64,000 nucleotides of DNA from Polyangiales bacterium (GCA_964202905.1 CAXNJO010000002.1:672001-736000); one strand, 5' to 3'. Numbered from the stretch's first letter, positions 49,465-62,364 are shown. The notes: generated from the sequence alone by a model not told the origin. Numbers and translations are program-made.

Positions 49465-50178
49465 ATGGCCATTGCTCCCCGGAGTCCGCTCGAGCTTCTG
49501 CGCGACGTGTCCGTGCTGGCGGACCTGCCCGCCCCCGATCTCCGCGTCCTCGCGGACGCCACCGACGTGCGCAAGGCCGCCCGCGGCACGGCGATCTTCA
49601 GCGAGGGCCAGCACGCAGAGGGGCTCTTCGTCATCCGCACCGGCGAGGTGAAGGTGATGAAGGGCGGGCGCGAGGACCGCGAGCAGATCCTCTACATCGC
49701 CAAGCCCGGCCGCGCGGTCGTCGAAGGGTTGCGCTTCGACGGGGGCGTGTACCCCGCGAGCGCCGTCGCGATGCGCGCGGCGACGGCGCTGCTCGTGCCG
49801 AACGACGCCATCGCGCTGCTCGGCGACCGCCGCCCCGCGGTGCTCCGGGCGATGTTGGATCTGCGCGCCCGGCGCGCCGACCGGGTGCTCACGCTGGTGA
49901 GCGACCTGTCGCTGCGCACCGTGCCCGCGCGGCTCGCGTCGTTCCTGTGCGCGCTCGTCGCGGCACGGCAGGCGCGCGGTGAGGAGGGCACGACGCTGGT
50001 GCGGGACCTGACCACCGAGACGGTCGCGGGCCGGCTCGGGACGGTGCGCGAGGAGATCTCGCGTGGACTCGCGTACCTCGAGCGCGAACGCGCACTCAAG
50101 GTGAGCCCCGACGTCATCGAGGTCGTCGATCGCGAGCGCCTCGAGGCCATCGCCTACGGCCCGCGCAAGGCGCCCTGA
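49465..50178 (+). CDS. Crp/Fnr family transcriptional regulator
   Basis: cNMP-binding-like N-terminus (IFSEG...LFVIRTGEVKV) and HTH GTVREEISR. Confidence 0.9.
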   Translation: MAIAPRSPLELLRDVSVLADLPAPDLRVLADATDVRKAARGTAIFSEGQHAEGLFVIRTGEVKVMKGGREDREQILYIAKPGRAVVEGLRFDGGVYPASAVAMRAATALLVPNDAIALLGDRRPAVLRAMLDLRARRADRVLTLVSDLSLRTVPARLASFLCALVAARQARGEEGTTLVRDLTTETVAGRLGTVREEISRGLAYLERERALKVSPDVIEVVDRERLEAIAYGPRKAP

Positions 50179-50193
50179 GCGGCGGCACCCGCG

Positions 50194-51051
50194 ATGTCCG
50201 CGCCCGCGTCCCCGGCGCCCGGCACGCTCCGGGTCCCTCCGTCCCCCGCGCCCACGGCCCGCGCGATCGTGCGCTGGGTGCTCGTCGCGGACGCGGCCGC
50301 GCTCGTGCTGGTGCTCGCCGCGCTCGCCGCGCCCTCCGTCCCCGCGACGCCGCTCGTCGCGTTCATCGCGGGGTTCGCGGCGGTCTCGACCTCGATGGTC
50401 GCGACGGCGCTCGCGACCCCGCCCCTGCCCCGCGCCGCGCTCTCGGGCGTGCTGCTCGCGATCGCCGCGCTCGTGCTCGTGTTCGCGCTCGATCTCGCGC
50501 GCGGCGCGAACGTCGGCGGCGCCGCGATCGTGACGATCGCGTTGCTGCTCGGCGGGACGTGCGTCGGCGCGGTGGTCGCGGGCGGCGTCGAGCATCCCGG
50601 TCACCTGCTCGTGGTCGCGGTCGTCTTCACGCTCGTCGACACCTTCAGCGTGTTCCACGAGGCGGGGCCATCCGCGGCCATCGTCGCGAGCGAGACGGTG
50701 CTCTCGCTGGTCGCCCTGCCCTGGCCGCAGCTCGGCGCGCCCACGCCGACGATCGAGCCCTTTCTCGGCGTCGGAGACGTCGTCGCGACGGCGCTCTTCG
50801 TCGGCGTCGCGCGCAAGCACGCGCTCGGGCTCGCGCGGACGGCGGCCGCTCTGCTCGTCGGGCTCGCGGTGACGATGACGCTCGTGGTCGTCATGCGGCA
50901 GGCCATCCCGGTGCTCCCGCTCCTGGCGGGCGCGATGCTCGTCGCGCACCCCGCGGCGCGCCGACTGCGACGCGAGGACCGCCGCCCCGCGCTCCTCGGA
51001 TTGCTCGCGCTGATGCTCGTCTACGTCGCCATCTGGCAGCTGAACCGATAG
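50194..51051 (+). CDS. Polytopic membrane protein, GxGD-type aspartyl protease-like
   Basis: About 8-9 TM segments; LVDTFSV, FLGVGD and IPVLP in the order of the YD/GxGD/PAL motifs. Confidence 0.6.
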   Translation: MSAPASPAPGTLRVPPSPAPTARAIVRWVLVADAAALVLVLAALAAPSVPATPLVAFIAGFAAVSTSMVATALATPPLPRAALSGVLLAIAALVLVFALDLARGANVGGAAIVTIALLLGGTCVGAVVAGGVEHPGHLLVVAVVFTLVDTFSVFHEAGPSAAIVASETVLSLVALPWPQLGAPTPTIEPFLGVGDVVATALFVGVARKHALGLARTAAALLVGLAVTMTLVVVMRQAIPVLPLLAGAMLVAHPAARRLRREDRRPALLGLLALMLVYVAIWQLNR

Positions 51052-51061
51052 GCTCGGCCCC

Positions 51062-53552
51062 GTGTCCGACGACGCCCAGCGCCCGCCCGCCGCACAGGAC
51101 GACGCGCGGCTCTTCCCGGCCGCGGGCGCCGCGCACCTCCGGCCAGCAGGGCCGCTCTTCGCGGGGCGCTACCGCATCGAGGCGCTGCTCGGGCGGGGTG
51201 GGATGGGCGCGGTGTACCGCGCGGTCGACACGCTCGTCGGGGACGTCGTCGCGCTGAAGGCGCTCGACCTCGGCGGCGCGCCGAGTGCGGCCACGATCGA
51301 GCGTTTCCGTCGGGAAGTGCGGCTCGCGCGGCGCATCACGCACCCGAACGTCGCGCGGACGCACGACCTCGGCGAGGCCGAGGGACAGCACTTCCTCACG
51401 ATGGAGTTCGTCGACGGATCGGACCTGCAGTCGGTGCTCACGCGCGAGGGGCGGCTCGCGCCCGAACGCGCGCTGGCGATCGGGCTCGCGATCGCCGAGG
51501 GCCTCGCGGCCGCACATGCCGCGGGGATCGTGCACCGCGACCTCAAGCCCGCGAACGTGCTCGTCGAACGCGGCGGGCGAGTCGTGCTCACGGACTTCGG
51601 CATCGCGCGGGCGGAGCTCGACGAACGCGCCGCGTACCGCACGGCGGGCGCGGTCGGGACGCCGATGTACATGGCGCCCGAGCAGATCCAAGGGGGCGCG
51701 ACGGACGCGCGCACGGACGTGTACGCGCTCGGGCTCGTGCTCTTCGAGCTGCTCGCGGGGGCGCCGCCCTTCGCCGGATCGACGCCGATCGCCGCCGCCC
51801 TCGCGCGGCTCGAGCGCCCTGCGCCCGATCTCCGCCTGCTTGCGCCCATCGACGATGCGCTCGCGTCCCTCGTCGCGGCCTGCCTCGCCCGCGCTCCGGC
51901 GGATCGCCCACCCGACGCGGCCGCCGTCGCGGCCCTCCTGCGTGCGCGAGACGCGAGAGACACGCCACCGACGCCGACGACGACGGCGCCCCTCCCCCCG
52001 GCCCACGACCCGCTCGCGGCGACGATGCTCTCGCTCGCACCCTCGGCCTCGGTGGCGCCCCCCGCCGCGGTGGTCGGGCCCACCTCGGCGCTCGTCCGCG
52101 CGCCCTCGCCGGGCCAGGCGACGCCGCGCACCGGCCACACGACCACGAGCGTCCCGCGCGCGCTCGCGGTGCTGCCCTTCCGCTACCACGGCCCGCCGGC
52201 GCAGGAATATCTCGCGGAGGCGCTCGCCGAAGAGGTGATCGACCTGATGTCCCACACGCGCGGCCTGCGCGTCGTGGGCAGCGGCGCGAGCGCGCGTTTC
52301 AAGGAGGACCGCGATCCGCGGCGCATCGGGACCGAGCTGTCCGTGCACTACGTCGTCGACGCGAGCGTGCAAGCGACGGCGCGCGCGCTGCGTGTCGCGG
52401 CGCGGCTCCTCGACGCCGGCACCGGCACGCAGCTCTGGTCGGAGCGCTTCGAGGGCGCGCTCGACGACGACTTCGAGCTGCAGGATTCGCTGAGCCGCCG
52501 GATGGCGGAGGGGCTGCGCGTCGCGCTCACGGCGGGCGCGGCGCAGGCCGACGCACCGGCGGAGGCGGTCGAGCAGCTACCTGCGCGGCCGCCGGGCGCT
52601 GGCGCAGAGCGCGGCTACGTCGGAGACGGGCGGATCGCGATCCCGCTGCTCGAGGGCGCGCTCGCGCTCGCGCCCGAGCTTCGCGCCGGCGATGGCGAGC
52701 TACGCGATGGCGACGGTGCGCTGCTGGTTCGTACCGGGCCTCGATCCGGCGCGCGATTGGGAAGCCCTCGCGAAGGCGAGCGTCGCGCAGGCGCTCGCGG
52801 AGGCGCCCGATCACGCCGAGACGCATCAGGCGAGCGCGCTCGTGTCGATGCAGCTCGGTCAGCTCCCCGAGGCGGCCCGCTCGCTGTGCCGAGCGATCGA
52901 GTTCGCGCCGACGTACGCCGGCGCGCACCAGTCTCTCGGCTCGATTCTGATCGAGGCGGGGCGCACGCAGGCGGGGCTCAAGCACCTGCGGCTCGCCACG
53001 CAGCTCGACCCGTCGCCGCAGCTCGCGCTCACCGCGATCGCGCGGCACCATGCGCTCGAGGGGGACTGGGAGGCGTTCGACGCCGCGTCGCGCGAGCTCT
53101 CCGCGGTCGGCTTCCTCGGATATCCCCTCCTAGCCGTACGCGCCGCGACGTGGCGCGGCGCTCTCGAGACGGTCCGCCGGATCGTCGCGGGAGAAGCGAA
53201 CACGGCGGCGCCGTTCGTGAGGGTCGCGATGCTCTACGGGCGCGCCGTCCTCGGCGAGGCCGATCCTCAGGACGTGCCCGCGATGCTCGAGAGCACCGCG
53301 AACGGCCCGATGAGCCCGCGCTTCCAGGCCCTCGTCGCGCAGTGCGTCTGCGAGATCCGCGCGGCACGCGGAGACGTCGAGGGCGCAGACGTCGAGCTGC
53401 GCAAGGCCGTCGCGTGCGAGCTCGTCGATCTCGCGTGGCTCGAGCGCTGCCCGGTGCTGGCACCACTGCGTGACCGGAGCGCGTGGCGCGAGGCGCTGCC
53501 CATCGTGCGCGAGCGTGCCGACAGGATCTGGTTCGCGACCGACCTCGTGTGA
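51062..53552 (+). CDS. Ser/Thr protein kinase with TolB-like and TPR C-terminal domains (frameshifts near 52580-52690)
   Basis: GRGGMG, HRDLKPAN, DFG, GTPMYMAPEQ and LAVLPF...QLWSERF; the TPR region continues in 52692..53552. Confidence 0.88.
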
Positions 53553-53618
53553 CGGCGGCAACCATCCGCCGTGATGGCATGGCTCTCGGCGCGAACGACG
53601 ATGACGGTCGCCGTGTCG

Positions 53619-54500
53619 TCAGCCCTTCACGCCGCCCGCGGAGAGCCCGCGGATCAGGTTCCGCTGCAACGCGTAGAAGAGCGCCATCACGGGCAGCGAG
53701 ACGAGCGTGGCGCCCGCCGCGAAGCGCCCCCAGCGCGCGTCGTACTCCCCGACGTAGCGCTGCAGGACGACGGGCAGCGTGAACGTCTCCTCGCGCGAGA
53801 GGAAGGTCGCCGCGAGCACGAACTCGTTCCACGCGGTCATGAAGGCGAAGAGGCACGTGACGGCGAGCGCGGGCCGCGCGACGGGGAGCACGACGCGGAC
53901 GAAGGCGCCGAGCCGCGTCGCGCCGTCGACCATCGCCGCCTCCTCGAGGTCGCGCGGGATGGCCGCGAACGCCCCGCGCAGCTGGAAGATCGCGAACGGC
54001 ACGGCGGTCGTCGCATAGACGAGGACGAGGCCCGTGCGCGTGTCGAGGAGCGAGAGCGCGTCGAGGATGAGGTAGAGCGGGATGCTCGCGGCGACGCCCG
54101 GGAACATCTGCGTCGCGAGCAGCGCACGCTCGCCCGCGCGCGCGCCGACGAACTCGAAACGCGCGAGCGCGTACGCCGCGGGGGTCGCGAGCGCGACCGC
54201 GACGACGGCCGTCGCGCCGCTCACGACCACGCTGTTGAGCAGCTGCCGCCCGAAGAGCCAGCCGCTCCCCGCCTCCGCGTCGAGCCCGAGCACCGCCGCG
54301 AAGTGCACGAGCGATGGCGAGGCCGGCAGCGGCAGCACGCGCGGCGCGGGCGCATCCCCCGGCGAGAGCGCGAGCGCGAGCACCCAGAGCACCGGGTAGA
54401 GCGCGAACGCGACGGCGACGAGCACGAGCGCGTGCACGCCCGCCTCGCCGAGCAGCGCGCGCGCGCCGCGCGTCCCGCGCCCCGCTGCCCCGTCGCTCAC
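53619..54500 (-). CDS. Sugar ABC transporter permease (MalG-like)
   Basis: TQMFPG, IPRDLEEAAMVDGA and WNEF. Confidence 0.92.
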   Translation of the reverse strand: MSDGAAGRGTRGARALLGEAGVHALVLVAVAFALYPVLWVLALALSPGDAPAPRVLPLPASPSLVHFAAVLGLDAEAGSGWLFGRQLLNSVVVSGATAVVAVALATPAAYALARFEFVGARAGERALLATQMFPGVAASIPLYLILDALSLLDTRTGLVLVYATTAVPFAIFQLRGAFAAIPRDLEEAAMVDGATRLGAFVRVVLPVARPALAVTCLFAFMTAWNEFVLAATFLSREETFTLPVVLQRYVGEYDARWGRFAAGATLVSLPVMALFYALQRNLIRGLSAGGVKG

Positions 54501-56753
54501 CGCGCGCCTCCCCGCGTGCCGAGCCGCTCGAGCGCGCGCGTGCCGACCGTGAGCACGCCGAAGATGAGCACCGCGTACGCCGCGGCGTAGCCGAGCTGCT
54601 GCGAGCGCGTGAACGCCCAGCGGTAGGCCTCGCTGACGAGGATGTCGGTGCTGCCATCGGGCTCGCCGCCCGAGACGAGGAAGACCACGTTGAACATGTT
54701 GAACGTCCACACCGCGCCCATGGCGATCGCGGGGCCGAGCGAGGGCGCGAGCAGCGGCCAAGTCACGAGGCGGAAGCGCTGCGCGGCGGTCGCGCCATCG
54801 ACCTCGGCGGCCTCGTAGAGATCCTGCGGGATCGCCGCGAGCGCGCCGAGCGTGACGACCATCATGAACGGGAAGCCGAGCCACACGTTGGTCGCGACGT
54901 TCGCGGCGAAGGCCGTCGACCAGCGCGCGAACCAGCTGATCGGCTCGCCGCCGAGCGCGGTGATCACGGCGTTCACCGCGCCGAACTGCCGGTGGAACAT
55001 GCCCTTCCACGCGAGCGCGGTGACGTAGCTCGGCACCGCCCACGGGAGCACCAGCAGCACGCGGTAGAGCCCGCGGAAGCGCAGCGTCGGGCGGTCGAGC
55101 AAGAGCGCGAGGCCGATGCCGAGCAGCAGATGCAGCGCGACGTTCACCGCCGTCCAGAGCACCGTGACGAGCAGCACGACCCAGAACGACCCCGTCCCGA
55201 GCAGCGCGCCGCCACGCGCGGTGAGCACGTCGACGTAGTTCGCGAGGCCCACGTAGCGCAGCTCCCCCGGTGCCCCCGCGAAGAGCGACGTGCCCGCGCC
55301 GACGGCGAGCGGCGCGATGACGAGCAGGCCCACGGCGATGGCGGCGTGCGCGACCCACGCGTACGCGGGGAGCGAGCGCCGCACCGCGCCGCGGAACTCG
55401 GGATCGCGCGCCCGCCGCACGGCGAGCGACACCGCGAACAGCAGACCGAGCGAGACCGCGAGCAGGAGCGGCGCGGGCGAGCGCGGCGCGGGCAGCGGTC
55501 GCACGAGATCCGCGAAGCGACGCGCGCCCTCGGCGAGCACGTCGTCGGCCGCGCGCCCACCGCGCAGGTAGTTGCGGATCGCGCGCTGCGCGGGCTCGAA
55601 GGTCGCGCGCATGTGCGGGTGCGTCGGCAGCGGCACGCCCGCCTCGGCGGCGCGCCGGAAGGCCGCGAGGAACGGGTCGCCCGCGATCGCCGGCGAGAGC
55701 GACGCCGTGCGCGAGGCCACGACCTGACGCGCGACGCGCGCCCGCACGACGGCGCCCTCCGGCCCCGCGAGAAAGCGCGCGAAGGCCCGCGCGCCCTCGG
55801 GCTCCCGCGCGCGCGCGGCGAGCAGCGCGGCCTCGATCGTGACGAAGGGCACGAGCGGCGCGCCCCCGCGGCCCGCAGGCGCGGCAGCGGCGCGACGTGC
55901 CAGCGCAGCCCGGGCGGCAGGTCCGGCGCGAGCCACGGCCCGCCGATGACCGCGGCCGCGCGCCCCCCCGCGAAGAGCTTCTTCACGAGGTCGCCGGACG
56001 CCTCCGCGGGCACGACGCCATCATCGACGAGGCCGCGCAGCGTCGTGAGCGTGCGCGCCGCAGCGGGGCCGACGAAGGCGTAGCCACCGTCCGCGTCGAG
56101 CAGGCGCCCGCCGAACGCGTGCAGCAGCGCCGCGTCCCAGTAGGCGCTCTCGGCCTCGAACACGAGCGGGTACGTGCCGCGCGGCAGGCGCGTGCGGAGC
56201 GCGGCGAGGTCCTCGAGCGTCGCCGGATCGGCGTCGAGCAGCGCCTCGTTCACGTAGAGCGCGCCGCACTTGAGCGCGAGCGGGAGCCCGTAGAGCGCGG
56301 GACCGACGCGCAGCGCGTCGAGGTGCGCGGACTCGTACTCGAGGCGCTCGCGGACGCTGAGCGCGTCGAGCGGCTGGACGAGTCGGCGCTCGACGTACGA
56401 GACGATGCGTTCATGCGCATCGATGAATAGATCCGGGCCCTCGCCCGTGGGGATGGCGGACTCGAGCTTCGCCGCGTAGGCGCCGAACGCGACGTGCAGC
56501 GCCTCGACGCGGTAGCCGCGCCCCTCGGGCGAGGCCTCGAAGGCGCGCGCCACGTCGCGCAGCGCGCGGGCCTCCGCCTCGTCGTAGGCGTGCCACACGC
56601 GCACCGTGCGCCGCGCGTCCTGTGCGTGGACGCCGACGGGCTGCGCGAGCGACGCGACGCCGGACGCGAGCGCCGCGAGGACGGCGAACGTGCGCGACGC
56701 GAGGGACGCGAAACCCGCCTCGCGCGTCGCCGTCCCGTACGCGCGTCGTCCGT

Positions 56754-56757
<4 letters not shown>
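54497..56757 (-). CDS. Fused sugar-binding protein + permease (MalE-MalF-like; frameshift near 55865)
   Basis: SBP motifs (VWHAY, GPDLFI.AH, GPW) run without an intergenic gap into the permease (LPWAVPSY, WLGFPFMM, LYEAAEVDGA). Confidence 0.8.
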
Positions 56758-57836
<1,079 letters not shown>

Positions 57837-57882
57837 GCGCGCCCGAGTCTATCGCAGGGGCGGCGCGGGAAACATCCCGGGA

Positions 57883-58845
57883 TCAGCGGCCGTCCCCCGG
57901 CGTCGCGTGATCGACGAGCAGCGCCCCCTGGCGCGGGTCGAGCGCGACGTGCGAGCGCGCGGCCGCGGGCGGCTCCGCGATCACGCTCCCGCGCGCGTCG
58001 GACACGTGCGCGAGCGCGACCACCACGGCCCGCAGCGCCGCGGGCGCGAGCGGCACGTGCACGTCGCCGCCCGCGCGCGCGACCTCGGCCCGCAGCGCGG
58101 CCTCGACCTCGTCGCGCGAGGGCCCCGCGCGACGCTCACCGAAGTGGGCGGGCGCATCGTGCGCGGCGACGAGCGTGACGAGCGGGACCTCGCCGCCACG
58201 CCGCTCTTCCGCGGCGATCGCCGCGCGGCCGAGGTGCGCGACGTCGTTGAGGCCGAGCACGCGGCCTTCGGGGTGCGCGTCCTCGAGGGAGAGCGTCGTG
58301 ATGGCCGTGTTCGCGAGGCGTGCGAGGCCCTGCGAGGCGCGCTGCCCGCGCCGGCCGAGCGCGCGCGCGACGAGCGCCGAGATGACGCCGCCGTGCGTGA
58401 AGACCAGCGCCCGCCCGCCGGGGGGCACGCGCCCGCGGAGCGCCTCGAGCGCCGCATCCGTCCGCGCCCAGAAGCGCGCGAGCGACTCGCCCCCGCCGAG
58501 CGCGACGTCGAGCCGTCCCGACGCGAGCGCCTCGAGCTGCTCGGGAAAACGCGCCGCGATCTCGGGGCGCGTGAGGCCCTCCCACGCGCCGACATCGGCC
58601 TCGCGCCACGCGGGCTCGATCGTCGCGTCGGGGAAGGCGGCGCGCCCCGTGCGCGACGCCCGCTGCAGGTCGGACGCGACGACGACGTCGAGCGACCAGC
58701 CCGCCTCGCGACGCGCCCGCAGCCGCGCCGCGAGCGCCTCCACCTGCGCCTCGCCGTGCGGCGAGAGGGGCGCGTCGCCCTGCCCCTGCCAGCGGCCCGA
58801 GACGTTGGACGTCGACTCTGCGTGCCGGACGAGGACGAGCTCCAC
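57883..58845 (-). CDS. Histidine phosphatase family protein
   Basis: LVRHAES, SDLQRA, E..VGAWEG, GGES and FTHGG. Confidence 0.9.
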   Translation of the reverse strand: MELVLVRHAESTSNVSGRWQGQGDAPLSPHGEAQVEALAARLRARREAGWSLDVVVASDLQRASRTGRAAFPDATIEPAWREADVGAWEGLTRPEIAARFPEQLEALASGRLDVALGGGESLARFWARTDAALEALRGRVPPGGRALVFTHGGVISALVARALGRRGQRASQGLARLANTAITTLSLEDAHPEGRVLGLNDVAHLGRAAIAAEERRGGEVPLVTLVAAHDAPAHFGERRAGPSRDEVEAALRAEVARAGGDVHVPLAPAALRAVVVALAHVSDARGSVIAEPPAAARSHVALDPRQGALLVDHATPGDGR

Positions 58846-58965
58846 GGCCGGAGGTCTACGCCGCTCACGGTGCCTTGTCGCGGCCCGCCCACCCGTGCTG
58901 CGGGTTCACGTCGAGGGCGCCGCGGATCTTGCGCGGCGCGATGGCCCCGCGCAGCATCCGCGGCG

Positions 58966-60126
58966 ATGTCCGCACGCGCCCTGCCCGCGGTCCGCGAGAT
59001 GATCGCGACGCTCGTCGCCGAACCCTCCCCGAGCAGCGCCGATCCGCGCTTCGACCGCGGCAACCGCCGCGTCGTCGAGCACCTCGCGGACTGGGCGGAC
59101 GGGCTCGGCATGCGGGTCGAGCTGCTGCCGAGCGCGACGAACGACGACAAGGTCAACCTGCTGGCGACGTTCGGCGAGGGCGACGGCGGGCTCGTGCTCG
59201 CGGGCCACTCGGACACCGTGCCCTGGGACGAGGGGCGCTGGCGGCACGACCCCTTCCGCGTGACCGAGGACGACGGCCGCCTCTACGGGCTCGGCACGAG
59301 CGACATGAAGTCGTTCTTCGCGGTCGCCCTCGCCGCGCTCGCGCGTCTCGACGCGGGCAAGCTCCGCGCGCCCGTGATGCTCCTCGCGACCTACGACGAG
59401 GAGAGCACGATGGGCGGCGCCCGCGCGCTCGTCGCGGCGGGCCGTCCGCGGGCACGGCACGCGCTCATCGGCGAGCCGACGGGCCTCGTGCCCGTGCGCA
59501 TGCACAAAGGCGCCGTCATGGAGACGGTCGTGCTCACGGGGCAGGCCGGGCACTCGAGCGATCCGTCGCTCGGGCGGAGCGCGCTCGAGGGCATGCACGC
59601 GGTGATCGGGGACTTGATCGCGTTCCGCGAGGCGTTGCAGGCCGTGCACCGCAACGAGGCGTTCGCCGTGCCCGTGCCGACGATGAACTTCGGCGCGATC
59701 CACGGCGGCGACAGCCCCAACCGCATCTGCGGCGAGTGCGAGCTGCGCTTCGATCTGCGCGCGCTCCCCGGCATGGACGTGCAGGCGCTGCGCACGGAGC
59801 TGCGCGCCCGCGTCGGGCGCATCGCGGAGGCGCGCGGGCTCGCCGTGCGCTTCCCGACGCTGCACGCGGGGACGCCGCCCTTCGAGACGCCCGCGAGCGC
59901 CGCGATCGTCCGCGCCGCGTGCGAGCTGACGGGCCACGCGCCCGGCGTCGTCGCCTTCGGCACCGAGGCCCCGTACCTCACGCAGCTCGGCGCCGAGACG
60001 ATCGTGTGCGGGCCCGGCGACATCGGCCGCGCGCACCAGCCCGACGAGTCGATCGACCTCGCCTCGCTCGCCCCGGCGACGGAGCTCCTCGAGCGCCTCG
60101 CGCGCCGCCTCTGCCTCCCCTCGTGA
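58966..60126 (+). CDS. argE: Acetylornithine deacetylase
   Basis: GHSDTVP, GLGTSDMK, DEE, IGEPT, HKG, GTEAP and AHQPDE. Confidence 0.92.
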   Translation: MSARALPAVREMIATLVAEPSPSSADPRFDRGNRRVVEHLADWADGLGMRVELLPSATNDDKVNLLATFGEGDGGLVLAGHSDTVPWDEGRWRHDPFRVTEDDGRLYGLGTSDMKSFFAVALAALARLDAGKLRAPVMLLATYDEESTMGGARALVAAGRPRARHALIGEPTGLVPVRMHKGAVMETVVLTGQAGHSSDPSLGRSALEGMHAVIGDLIAFREALQAVHRNEAFAVPVPTMNFGAIHGGDSPNRICGECELRFDLRALPGMDVQALRTELRARVGRIAEARGLAVRFPTLHAGTPPFETPASAAIVRAACELTGHAPGVVAFGTEAPYLTQLGAETIVCGPGDIGRAHQPDESIDLASLAPATELLERLARRLCLPS

Positions 60127-60146
60127 CCCCCCGGCGAGCCCCGACG

Positions 60147-61469
60147 ATGCGCACCCGCAAAGACCCGCAGATCTTCATCGACTGGTTCCGCCACTCGGCG
60201 CCGTACATCCACGCGCACCGCGCGCGCACCTTCGTCGTCGCGTTCGGCGGCGAGGCCGTCGCGGACGAGGGCGGTTTCCGCAGCCTCATCAGCGACATCG
60301 CGCTCCTGCACAGCCTCGGCGTGCGACTCGTGCTGGTGCACGGCGCGCGCCCGCAGATCGCCGAGCAGCTCGCGCAGCGCGACGAGGAGCCGCGCGTCGA
60401 GAAGGGCATCCCCGTCACGAACAAGGCCGCGCTGCTCGCCGTGAAGGAGGCGGTCGGCATGGTGCGCGTCGAGATCGAGTCGCTGCTCTCGACGGGCGTC
60501 GCGAACTCGCCGATGGAGGGCGCGCGGCTGCACGTCGACAGCGGCAACTTCGTGACGGCGATGCCCGTCGGCGTGCGCGACGGCGTCGACTACGAGTCGA
60601 CGGGCGAGGTGCGCCGCATCGACGCGGACGCGATCCGCGCGCGCCTCGACGCGGGCGCGATCGTGCTGCTCTCGCCGCTCGGCTACTCGGTGACGGGCGA
60701 GACGTTCCGCATCCCGCCCGACGAGGTCGCGCGCGCGGCGGCCGTCGCGCTGCGGGCCGACAAGCTCGTCTGCCTCATCGAGGGCCGCGGCGTCGTCGAC
60801 GCGAGCCGCCGCACCGTGCACCAGCTCACCCCCGCGGACGCCGCCCTGCTCGCCCACAAGAAGAAGCGCTGGCTCTCCGAGGACGCGCGCCTGCATCTGC
60901 GCGCCGCGTCGGCCGCGTGCGCGAGCGGCGTGCGCCGCGCGCACCTCGTGAGCCGCGCGACCGAGGGCGCGCTGCTGCTCGAGCTCTTCACGCGCGACGG
61001 CCTCGGCACGATGGTCACGAGCGAGACGTACGAGGGCACGCGCCCCGCCACGCTCGCCGACGTCGGCGGCATCGTCAGCCTGATCCGCCCGCTCGAGGAC
61101 GCCGGCGTGCTCGTGCGCCGACCGCGCAAGCAGCTCGAGATGGACATCGAGAAGTTCACCGTCGTCGAGCGCGACGGGATGATCATCGCCTGCGCCGCGC
61201 TCTACCGTTACGCGCACGTCGCGGAGCTCGCCTGCGTCGCGGTGCACCCCGAGTACCGCCGCACGGGACGCGGCGACGCGCTGCTCGACTTCATGGAGCA
61301 GCGCGCGCGCGGGCTCGGCGTCGACCGCGTGTTCGTGCTGACGACCCACGCCTCGCACTGGTTCGTCGAGCGCGGCTTCGCGAAGGCGACCGTCGAAGAT
61401 CTGCCCGTGCCGAAGCGGCAGCTCTACAACCAGAAGCGCAACAGCAAGGTGCTGCTGAAGATCCTTTGA
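60147..61469 (+). CDS. argA: Amino-acid N-acetyltransferase (two-domain N-acetylglutamate synthase)
   Basis: WFRHSAPYIHAHR..TFV, LVHGARPQI, LLLELFTRDG.GT, GNAT domain and YN..RNSKV. Confidence 0.95.
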   Translation: MRTRKDPQIFIDWFRHSAPYIHAHRARTFVVAFGGEAVADEGGFRSLISDIALLHSLGVRLVLVHGARPQIAEQLAQRDEEPRVEKGIPVTNKAALLAVKEAVGMVRVEIESLLSTGVANSPMEGARLHVDSGNFVTAMPVGVRDGVDYESTGEVRRIDADAIRARLDAGAIVLLSPLGYSVTGETFRIPPDEVARAAAVALRADKLVCLIEGRGVVDASRRTVHQLTPADAALLAHKKKRWLSEDARLHLRAASAACASGVRRAHLVSRATEGALLLELFTRDGLGTMVTSETYEGTRPATLADVGGIVSLIRPLEDAGVLVRRPRKQLEMDIEKFTVVERDGMIIACAALYRYAHVAELACVAVHPEYRRTGRGDALLDFMEQRARGLGVDRVFVLTTHASHWFVERGFAKATVEDLPVPKRQLYNQKRNSKVLLKIL

Positions 61470-61488
61470 AACACGGGGCGCGCGCCCC

Positions 61489-62253
61489 TCAGCGGCTCAC
61501 GTAGCCGCCGTCGGCGAGGAGCGCGTGCCCGGTGACGAAGCTCGCCTCCTCCGAGCAGAGAAAGAGCGTCGCGGCGGCGATCTCCTCCGCGCGCCCGAGG
61601 CGGCTGATGGGATGCAGCGTTTCGGCCGCCGCACGCGCCGTCGGGTCATCGAGCACGCCGGCCCGCGCGAGCATCGGCGTCTCGATGAAGGCGGGGCACA
61701 CCGCGTTCACGCGGATGCCGCGCGCGGCGACCTCGAGCGCGGCCGCGCGCGTGAGGCCGACGACGCCGTGCTTGGCGGCGACGTACGCGCTCGCGTCCGC
61801 GTACGCGACGACCCCGAGGATCGACGCGCAATTGACGATCGCGCCCCCCCCGCCGCGCGCGAGCATGTGCGCGAGCTCGTGCTTGAGGCAGTGCCGCACG
61901 CCGGAGAGGTTCACCGCGAGCACGCGCGCCCAGGCGTCGTCCGGCTGCGTGGCGAGCGGCGCACGCACGCCCTCGATGCCGGCGTTGTTGAAGGCGCAGT
62001 CGATCCGCCCGCCGAAGCGCACCGCCGCCTCCACCATCGCCGCGACGTCCGCGGGCTCCGCGACGTCGCAGCGCACGTAGATCGCCGAGCCGCCCACGGC
62101 GCGGATGTCGGCGACCGTCGTGGCCCCCTCGGCGGCGATGTCCGCGACGACGACCCGCGCCCCCTCGGCCGCGAACGCGAGGGCCGTCGCGCGCCCGATC
62201 CCCGTCGCCGCGCCAGTGACGAGCGCGACCTTGTCCGCGAAGCGCCTCGGCAT
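61489..62253 (-). CDS. SDR family oxidoreductase
   Basis: TGAATGIG, NNAG and YVAAKHG. Confidence 0.93.
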   Translation of the reverse strand: MPRRFADKVALVTGAATGIGRATALAFAAEGARVVVADIAAEGATTVADIRAVGGSAIYVRCDVAEPADVAAMVEAAVRFGGRIDCAFNNAGIEGVRAPLATQPDDAWARVLAVNLSGVRHCLKHELAHMLARGGGGAIVNCASILGVVAYADASAYVAAKHGVVGLTRAAALEVAARGIRVNAVCPAFIETPMLARAGVLDDPTARAAAETLHPISRLGRAEEIAAATLFLCSEEASFVTGHALLADGGYVSR

Positions 62254-62364
62254 GCCCCACTCCTTGTTGAACGCCGACGAGATACGTACCCACGCGCCTC
62301 ACGCGGGCAAGTCCGCGAGCACCCGAGACGCCGCGCGCGTCGACGCGCGGACGAGCGCGCCCTA

